Positions 26,851 through 33,222 of a DNA stretch of 33,222 nucleotides are shown piece by piece. Below the pieces are notes generated by a model. That model did not search any database. It saw nothing but the letters and a program-made list of their open reading frames with translations, and was not told where the DNA came from. The stretch spans positions 1 to 33,222 of the forward strand of contig CAZEWS010000006.1 of assembly GCA_964515985.1 (NCBI GenBank). Direction: 5' to 3'. Source of the stretch: an uncultured Rikenellaceae bacterium (GTDB lineage: Bacteria > Bacteroidota > Bacteroidia > Bacteroidales > VadinHA17). A program made the position numbers and the translations under genes. Every line of letters begins with the position of its first letter. Position 1 is the stretch's first letter.

Positions 26851-26895
26851 ATGCAATTAGAAGAATTAAAAGTATATCAACTTTCCATGACGTGA
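26851..26895 (+). pseudogene. 14-codon stump resembling the N-terminus of a four-helix-bundle (23S rRNA IVS / Avd-like) protein
   Basis: MQLEELKVYQLSMT* follows the (D/E)L.V(W/Y)Q.(S/A)M pattern I recall for this family's N-termini. It runs straight into the right-hand repeat array. Confidence 0.35.
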
Positions 26896-27146
26896 GCGAA
26901 GCGAGCTTATGACAATAAATGACAGCGAAGGCGCAGCCTGAGCGAATGACACGAACGAAGTGAGTATATGACGGCGCAGCCAAATGACAATTGAATGACG
27001 CCCGCAGGGCTAATTACACGAGCGAAGCGAGTGAATGACGCGAACGCAGTGAGCTAATGACTACTGAATGACAGCCGAGCGCAGCGAGGCAAATGACACG
27101 AGCGAAGCGAGTGAATGACGCAAGGCACGCAGTGCCAAGCAAATTA
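26896..27146 (+). repeat. ATGAC-punctuated GC-rich array rich in GNA-triloop mini-hairpins
   Basis: ATGAC occurs 12 times in 26887-27119. The 26-mer ACACGAGCGAAGCGAGTGAATGACGC occurs twice, at 27016 and 27096. GCGAAGC occurs three times, alongside several GCA-loop hairpins. Confidence 0.9.
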
Positions 27147-28145
27147 CTATCCCATTGTTGCTACCATCACAGCCTTAATAGTATGAACCCGGTTTTCTGC
27201 CTCGTCGAATACTACAGATAATTCCGATTCAAAGACTTCGTCTGTCACTTCCATGCTCTCAAGTCCAAATTTTTGATAGGTCTCTTCACCTACTTTAGTT
27301 TCCCGGTTATGAAATGCCGGTAAACAATGTAAAAATTTCACATTAGGATTACCGGTTAATTCAACAACCTTTGCATTTACCTGGTAGGGTATTAATAATT
27401 TTATTCTTTCTTCCCATGTCGCATCCGATTCTCCCATGGAAACCCAAACATCGGTATAAAGGAAATCAACTCCTTTAACTGCTTCTTCAATATTTTTAGT
27501 TATGGTGATTTTTGTGCCGGATTTTTGAGCAATTTCCAAACATTGTGATACCAGTTCTTTATGCTGTTGACAATCCTCCGGGGCAGCTGCTCTGAAATCC
27601 ATTCCCATTTTCGCCGCTCCCACCAGCAGTGAATTCCCCATATTGTTACGGGCATCACCCAGATAGCAAAAACTAATTTCCTGCAAAGGTTTGTCCGAAT
27701 GCTCCATCATGGTCAGAAAATCAGCAAGAACTTGAGTGGGATGAAACTCATCGGTTAATCCATTCCAAACCGGGACTCCCGCATATTTACCAAGCTCTTC
27801 AACGATTTTCTGTCCAAAACCACGATATTCAATCCCGTCATACATCCTTCCCAGAACCCTGGCTGTATCCCTCATCGATTCCTTATGCCCGATCTGTGAT
27901 CCAGTAGACCCCAGATAAGTAACATGCGCACCCTGGTCGTAGGCAGCTACTTCGAATGCACACCGGGTTCGGGTTGAGGACTTTTCAAAAATAAGAGCAA
28001 TATTTTTCCCGTTTAATTTTTGTTGCTCAGTACCTGAATATTTTTCGTTTTTGAGATTAACTGACATATCAAGCAAATAATTAATCTCTTCAGCCGTGAA
28101 ATCCAATAACTTCAGGAAGTTTCTATTGTGTAAGTTAACAGTCAT
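27147..28145 (-). CDS. argF: ornithine carbamoyltransferase (ArgF/ArgI-like; possibly catabolic ArcB)
   Basis: [20 protein letters not shown] and HCLPA motifs, with strong resemblance to E. coli ArgI along its whole length. Confidence 0.95.
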   Translation of the reverse strand: MTVNLHNRNFLKLLDFTAEEINYLLDMSVNLKNEKYSGTEQQKLNGKNIALIFEKSSTRTRCAFEVAAYDQGAHVTYLGSTGSQIGHKESMRDTARVLGRMYDGIEYRGFGQKIVEELGKYAGVPVWNGLTDEFHPTQVLADFLTMMEHSDKPLQEISFCYLGDARNNMGNSLLVGAAKMGMDFRAAAPEDCQQHKELVSQCLEIAQKSGTKITITKNIEEAVKGVDFLYTDVWVSMGESDATWEERIKLLIPYQVNAKVVELTGNPNVKFLHCLPAFHNRETKVGEETYQKFGLESMEVTDEVFESELSVVFDEAENRVHTIKAVMVATMG

Positions 28146-28240
28146 TGTTGTTTTATTTATATGGGCTATATTCTAAAAGTTACATTATTTAACAAGGAAT
28201 ATTGTGCCATAGGTATTTCTTTGGAAGAATTTTGGATTGG

Positions 28241-28453
28241 TGGAATAATAGGAACTTCAACCAACCTGCCGGCTGGCAGGTATTCCAATTTTCCAGTATT
28301 ACTCACTCCCGCAATCGTTATTCGCTCCCACAATCCAAGCTCTGGAACCAGCTCATGAAGATTGGCTCTTACTTCGTTCGAGCCAATCGTTCGCTCAATC
28401 CTGCTCGTGAGACATTCTGTTCGCTACGCTCCCAGAATGGTTCCATTATTCCA
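28241..28453. repeat. 213-bp MITE-like element with 14-bp terminal inverted repeats
   Basis: TGGAATAATAGGAAC (28241-28255) pairs with the reverse complement of GTTCCATTATTCCA (28440-28453), giving TGGAATAATGGAAC with one indel. The interior contains a CCTGCC-GGCT-GGCAGG hairpin and the 32-mer shared with 11534-11565. Confidence 0.5.
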
Positions 28454-28524
28454 AAACTATATTATATCAATAAAAAAAATATGCCATCACAAATTATACA
28501 ATACTTAAAATAAAGCGTACATAT

Positions 28525-29481
28525 TCAATCCTCATATTCCATCGTAATTTTTGTCCCAAAGGTTTTATCCTCCAGTTTGGTGGCTTCTGTAATAACACTT
28601 TTTTCACCGCCATGCTCAATAAATTGCAGACATGCTTTTATTTTAGGCGCCATGCTCCCTTTGGTAAACATACCTTGTTCAAGGTATTTCAGGGTATCTT
28701 TATAGTTTAGAAATTCTTTGATTTCCTGATTTGGTTTTTTGTAATTTATATACACGTATGAAACATCGGTAAGGATATAAAATTTATCGGCATGGATGTT
28801 GATAGCAAGCAGAGCGGATGCTAGGTCTTTATCAATTACTGCTTCAACAGGAGAGATATTAAAATCTTCATCCATACAAACCGGTACTCCTCCTCCACCC
28901 GCAGCAATCACTATGTTACCGTCACGGGCAAGTCTTTCAATGATGTTTGCATTTTTAATCAATACAGGTTTTGGTGAAGGAACTACCCTGCGATATCCAT
29001 CATGCTCTTTAACTTCTTCTTTAAAAATCCAGCTTTTGCTTTTGTGCAATAATTTTGCTTGCTCCTTTGAATAAACTCTACCAATACGCTTTTGAGGATC
29101 TTTAAAAGCAGGATCATTTTTATCTACTACAACCTGTGTAACCAGGGTTACAACATTTTTTTTTATATTAAACTTATTCAGTATGTTCAGGAACACTCGT
29201 TCGATCATATATCCTATTCCTCCCTGAGAATCTGCCACACAAATATCAACAGGCATTTGTGCTATTCCATACAGTTCTTCACCGGCATCATTTCTCATTA
29301 ATATGTTTCCAACCTGAGGTCCGTTTCCATGAGTAATAACCAAATCATAACCCTCTTTTAGCAGAAAAATCAGGTTTTCCAGGGTTTTAGTAGTATTATC
29401 TTCCTGCTCATCAATAGTACCAACCTGATTTCCACGCAATAAAGCATTCCCCCCTAAAGCTACAACAGCTAATTTATTCAT
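28525..29481 (-). CDS. arcC: carbamate kinase
   Basis: MNKLAVVALGGNALL N-terminus, THGNGPQVG and AAGGGGVPV motifs. ATG 29481 is preferred over TTG 29487. Confidence 0.92.
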   Translation of the reverse strand: MNKLAVVALGGNALLRGNQVGTIDEQEDNTTKTLENLIFLLKEGYDLVITHGNGPQVGNILMRNDAGEELYGIAQMPVDICVADSQGGIGYMIERVFLNILNKFNIKKNVVTLVTQVVVDKNDPAFKDPQKRIGRVYSKEQAKLLHKSKSWIFKEEVKEHDGYRRVVPSPKPVLIKNANIIERLARDGNIVIAAGGGGVPVCMDEDFNISPVEAVIDKDLASALLAINIHADKFYILTDVSYVYINYKKPNQEIKEFLNYKDTLKYLEQGMFTKGSMAPKIKACLQFIEHGGEKSVITEATKLEDKTFGTKITMEYED

Positions 29482-29487
29482 AGTCAA

Positions 29488-29801
29488 TTTTTTGTCTGAA
29501 ATTTATTCCGGTCTACAAAACTATAAATTTTTTGTTTATTTTTACAGATACTCTGGCAGGTCTTTCTCCAGCCAAATACAATTCGTCTCTACATATTGCT
29601 CCAAGCTCTCCGCGCTACGCTCTCTGCCCCATTCTCCATGCTTCTTGCCCTTTATTTGGAGACTGTGGACTGCTGACTGGCGACTTTCCTGCCTATTGCA
29701 TTTAACTTTCTGATTTTCAAAAATAATTCACCCATAAAGACCTACTTTTAAATATATTTCATATTTTTATAGGCTTATAAATAAAAACCATTCCTATTAT
29801 T
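29488..29801. repeat. mosaic intergenic repeat cluster (half CTGGCAGGTCT module plus GCCAAATACAATTCGTCTCTACAT)
   Basis: The segment 29551-29594 has the same module order as 22245-22288. Confidence 0.75.
29516..29523 (-). promoter_or_regulatory. candidate -7 box TAgtTTTG for arcC
   Basis: Reverse complement of caaaacta, 35 nt upstream of ATG 29481. Confidence 0.35.
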
Positions 29802-30491
29802 GTGAGAATCAGTGCGTTTTTTTTAATAGGTACACTAATCGTACTCCTTCTGCCATCATGTAAAAAACCTTCTTCAAAAAAAATCAAAGAAGGGGAAATT
29901 CAATATTCCATTACATACCTGGAAAGTAAAATAAGTAGTATCCCCACCAACCTGCTTCCCGAAAAAATGACCTTAAAATTTAAGGGGAATAAAGCATATA
30001 CTGAAATTGACGGGTTCTTTGGGTTTTTCAACATCAGTAATATAACCGATTATTCCAAATCACTTAACTGGACTTTCCTGAAGGTTTATGGTCATAAGTA
30101 TCTGTATGCAGGAAAACGGGAAGAAATTGCTCCTGGTTTCGGGGGAATGGCAGATATCGAAATAGAATATACGGATAGCATTACAAATATTTGTGGGTAT
30201 GAATGCAAACAGGCCATTATTCATTTGCCAAACTCGATTGAAGGGCCATTGAAAGTGTTTTACACAAAAGAACTGGGACTTAAACACCTTAATTCCTCAA
30301 ATCCATACGGAGAAATAAACGGTGTAATGCTTGAATTTTATCTTACCCTGAGCACATTAAAAATGAAATTGGTAGCTGAAAGTGTTGTTGAAAAACAAAT
30401 TCCTGATAAATTTTTCAGGCGGCAAGGCGATTTTAAGCGAATTACAAAAGGGCAGATGGAAAAACTACTCGATAGATTAATGGAAGAATAA
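29802..30491 (+). CDS. hypothetical lipoprotein
   Basis: GTG start and signal peptide with lipobox LLPSC. I do not recognise a family. Confidence 0.55.
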   Translation: MRISAFFLIGTLIVLLLPSCKKPSSKKIKEGEIQYSITYLESKISSIPTNLLPEKMTLKFKGNKAYTEIDGFFGFFNISNITDYSKSLNWTFLKVYGHKYLYAGKREEIAPGFGGMADIEIEYTDSITNICGYECKQAIIHLPNSIEGPLKVFYTKELGLKHLNSSNPYGEINGVMLEFYLTLSTLKMKLVAESVVEKQIPDKFFRRQGDFKRITKGQMEKLLDRLMEE

Positions 30492-30889
30492 TCTTACACC
30501 TTACCTCCCGGTTTATCACTTTTAAAATACTTGGTATACCATAGTTCATGTAATTCTTTTTCCTAAATCCTTATACTTCTCCTTAGCCTAATATTAATCC
30601 CTTTCAAAATTAGCAGATTACTATGATAATACCCATTTTTTTAATTCACCCTGTGAAATAATCCCTATCTTTACTTCCTTAAATTATACTTTCTGTCTCC
30701 CGAAACCCGATAACTATCGGGTTCGGGATTGGCAGAAAATCACAAAACACAAATAACCATAATCAAATAAATACCAATATTCAATAACCAAATTCCAAAC
30801 TTCTAAAAAAAATGATCATTGTTTGAATATTGCAATTTCGGATTTGTAATTTACCTGCCCGGTGAAATTTTACATATGTTGTATTAATA
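30492..30889. repeat. intergenic region with partial repeat modules
   Basis: Contains a half-site CACCCTGTGAAATA (30647-30660, compare 26655), the hairpin CCCGAAACCCGATA-AC-TATCGGGTTCGGG (30699-30727), and CCCGGTGAAATTTT (30858-30871). Confidence 0.5.
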
Positions 30890-33222
30890 ATGGAAAAGAA
30901 AAACACCCAAAATAAAAAAGCAAAGAAAAAAACCAGGGGAATATTCAAACCGTTAAAATTCTTCACCGACGACCGGTTTAAATTGGTTCTGGGATTGTTT
31001 TTTATTGTTTTTGCCCTTTTTCTGACCCTTGCTTTTATTTCTTATTTTTTCACATGGAAAATCGATCAAAGCTTCGAATGGTCCGGCATATTCTCTTCAT
31101 CCGACATAAAAGTTGAAAACTGGTCAGGAAAAACCGGGGCTTATTTTGCTTTTCTTTTTTTAAATAAATGGTTTGGAATTGTATCCTTTTTATTCCCTTT
31201 GCTGCTTATCATTATTGGATTCAGATTGTTAAATCTAAAACTGCTTCCTGTTTGGAAAACAATAAAAGTTACGATTTTTGGTGTCATACTTATTTCTGTT
31301 TGTCTGGGATTTCTTTTCGGTGACACAGGCGGATATCTCGGCAGTGGTTTGGGAGGCAGCCATGGCTTTTTATTGAGTGAATGGCTGAATGCTTTCATAG
31401 GAAAAACAGGTACCGGTTTTTTACTTTTAGTGTCCGTTATAGCTTTCATCCTCTTTTCCTTTAGTAAATCGTTAGATTGGATTGGAAAACCACCGCCGGT
31501 AAAAGAAGATGAAATAACCCAGGATACCTTCTACACAAAGAAAGACAAGGCAGTATCCGTAATAAATCTGGGGGAAGACGACGAATCGGATGAAGACCTA
31601 ATGTTCGAAACAAAAGAAAAAGAAGAAAGTGAAAATGTTAAACTCACCATCGAACAAAAGATAGGCAATGACATTCTCACCAATGGAGAACTAAAGAAGA
31701 AACTCCTTGAGGATTATGACCCGACCCTTGATCTTTCTTCCTTTAAATTTCCACCTGTTAGTTTATTGGACGATCATTCCACCGAAAATTCTATTGTCAG
31801 CAAGGAAGAATTAATCAGCAATAAGAACAGAATTGTTGAAACACTGGGTAACTACAAAATTCAGATCGATAAAATAAAGGCGACTATTGGTCCTACGGTT
31901 ACATTATATGAAATTGTTCCGGCGCCCGGTATCAGAATTTCGAAAATAAAAAATCTTGAAGATGATATAGCTTTAAGCTTATCGGCATTGGGAATCAGAA
32001 TAATTGCTCCGATACCCGGAAGAGGGACCATTGGAATTGAAGTTCCCAACCGTAAGCCTGAGATCGTTTCGATGAAATCGATGATAACATCGAAAAAATT
32101 CCAGGAATCGGATTACGAGCTGGCAATTGCCATCGGTAAGACGATCTCGAATGAGACTTATATATTAGACCTAACAAGAATGCCACATTTATTGATAGCC
32201 GGGGCTACAGGCCAGGGAAAATCAGTAGGATTGAATGTTCTGATCACTTCATTACTATATAAAAAATACCCTTCCGAAATAAAATTTATTCTCATTGACC
32301 CCAAAAAGGTTGAACTTACACTCTATTCTAAATTAGAAAGGCACTACCTGGCAAAAATACCTGGAATTGAAGATGCTATCATTACCGATATTCAGGATAT
32401 CACTAATACACTGAATTCCTTATCGATTGAGATGGACCAGCGTTACGACCTCCTCAAAATGGCCCACGTCAGGAATATAAAGGAGTATAATGAAATGTTC
32501 AAGAACCGGAAATTGAATCCTGAAAAAGGCCATCGTTTTCTGCCCTATATTATTATGATTATTGATGAATTTGCAGATCTGATCGTGACAGCGGGAAAGG
32601 GAGTTGAGAATCCTCTTGCCAGGCTTGCCCAGCTTGCCAGAGCCGTTGGAATTCATCTTGTCATTGCCACGCAACGACCTTCTATAAATATCCTAACCGG
32701 TACAATTAAAGCCAACTTCCCCGTACGAATCGCCTACAGGGTAATTTCAATGATGGATTCCAGAACCATCCTTGACAGCCCCGGAGCAAATCAATTGGTT
32801 GGACGGGGAGATATGCTCATTTCTCCGGGCAGCGATCTGATAAGAGTGCAGTGTGCCTTTGTAAGTACAACTGAAATTGAAAAAATAACAGAATTTATCG
32901 GTTCACAGCGTGGCTATCCATCAGCTTTTCTACTACCCGAATATTCTGACGAAACCGGAGAAGATATGGGGGAAATTGACCTTCAAAAACGGGATCCGTT
33001 TTTCGATGAAGCCGCCCATATTGTTGTGCTTCACCAGCAAGGATCTACGTCCCTTATCCAACGAAAATTATCCATAGGTTACAACAGAGCTGGCAGGATA
33101 ATTGATCAATTGGAAGCGGCTGGCATCGTCGGCCCATTTGAAGGAAGCAAGGCCCGGCATGTTCTTATTCCTGATGAGTATTCTTTGGAACAATATTTGA
33201 GTAAGATTGACAGGGAAGAAAC
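30890..33222 (+). CDS. ftsK: DNA translocase FtsK (3' end beyond the window)
   Basis: Not in the ORF track because no stop codon lies in the window. The frame is open from ATG 30890 to the end. It has N-terminal TM helices, YKFPPVSLL, Walker A GATGQGKSV, Walker B IIDEFADL, and a C-terminal winged-helix STSLIQRKLSIGYNRAGRIIDQLE. Confidence 0.93.
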   Translation, partial: MEKKNTQNKKAKKKTRGIFKPLKFFTDDRFKLVLGLFFIVFALFLTLAFISYFFTWKIDQSFEWSGIFSSSDIKVENWSGKTGAYFAFLFLNKWFGIVSFLFPLLLIIIGFRLLNLKLLPVWKTIKVTIFGVILISVCLGFLFGDTGGYLGSGLGGSHGFLLSEWLNAFIGKTGTGFLLLVSVIAFILFSFSKSLDWIGKPPPVKEDEITQDTFYTKKDKAVSVINLGEDDESDEDLMFETKEKEESENVKLTIEQKIGNDILTNGELKKKLLEDYDPTLDLSSFKFPPVSLLDDHSTENSIVSKEELISNKNRIVETLGNYKIQIDKIKATIGPTVTLYEIVPAPGIRISKIKNLEDDIALSLSALGIRIIAPIPGRGTIGIEVPNRKPEIVSMKSMITSKKFQESDYELAIAIGKTISNETYILDLTRMPHLLIAGATGQGKSVGLNVLITSLLYKKYPSEIKFILIDPKKVELTLYSKLERHYLAKIPGIEDAIITDIQDITNTLNSLSIEMDQRYDLLKMAHVRNIKEYNEMFKNRKLNPEKGHRFLPYIIMIIDEFADLIVTAGKGVENPLARLAQLARAVGIHLVIATQRPSINILTGTIKANFPVRIAYRVISMMDSRTILDSPGANQLVGRGDMLISPGSDLIRVQCAFVSTTEIEKITEFIGSQRGYPSAFLLPEYSDETGEDMGEIDLQKRDPFFDEAAHIVVLHQQGSTSLIQRKLSIGYNRAGRIIDQLEAAGIVGPFEGSKARHVLIPDEYSLEQYLSKIDREE

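Noticed and set aside
26372-27146. Possible CRISPR array
   Set aside because: The repeat period is 11 bp with no unique spacers. The right-hand units are irregular. No cas genes or leader are present.
30781-32674. Minus-strand ORFs 30781-30966, 31141-31449, 31861-32049, 31995-32186 and 32420-32674
   Set aside because: All are antisense to the open-ended ftsK reading frame, or overlap its start.
1-33222. tRNA, rRNA, tmRNA, RNase P, transposase or integrase genes
   Set aside because: Scanning by eye found no cloverleaf-like or conserved-core sequences. No ORF carries DDE, HUH or tyrosine-recombinase motifs. A tRNAscan/Infernal run would be needed to be certain.

Overview
This is a 33.2-kb chromosomal segment that looks like Bacteroidota. 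Supporting signs are a fused FeoA-FeoB, a ~317-aa NusB, DUF3276 and DUF5606 genes, lipoprotein-type signal peptides and TAnnTTTG -7 boxes. About 27 credible genes are present, mostly housekeeping: purC, phoH, mazG, coaE, yajC, nusB, feoAB, ornithine carbamoyltransferase plus carbamate kinase, a SAM hydroxide adenosyltransferase, PAP2, a DjlA-like J protein, an SLC12-like permease and a LysM/PBP protein. Two genes are missing from the ORF track. One is an open-ended ftsK (30890 to the window end). The other is a 50-aa FeoB-associated Cys-rich peptide (25105-25257). Several track ORFs are over-extended at the 5' end; corrected starts are given in the features. I saw no rRNA, tRNA, CRISPR, transposase or recognisable defence operon. 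The unusual content is non-coding. By my coordinates about 4.9 kb (~15%) of the window lies in nine long intergenic gaps: 10886-11692, 15683-16184, 21119-21620, 21975-22536, 25258-25806, 26287-27146, 28146-28524, 29488-29801 and 30492-30889. These gaps are built from a shared vocabulary of short, mostly hairpin-forming repeat modules, reused in different orders and orientations (BIME/REP- or MITE-like mosaics). Some modules show compensatory stem changes, one is nested inside another, and one candidate element has 14-bp terminal inverted repeats. The largest gap (26.3-27.1 kb) has large-scale inverted symmetry. GTCAT-based 11-bp tandem arrays sit on the left, and an ATGAC-punctuated array rich in GCGAAGC mini-hairpins sits on the right. 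Between them is a 14-codon stump that resembles a four-helix-bundle (23S rRNA IVS / Avd-like) gene. The window also holds five gene remnants (ENPP, TrmO, TonB-receptor N-terminus, 5'-truncated DsbA-like, four-helix-bundle stump). All product calls rest on motif recognition by eye; no database search was run.
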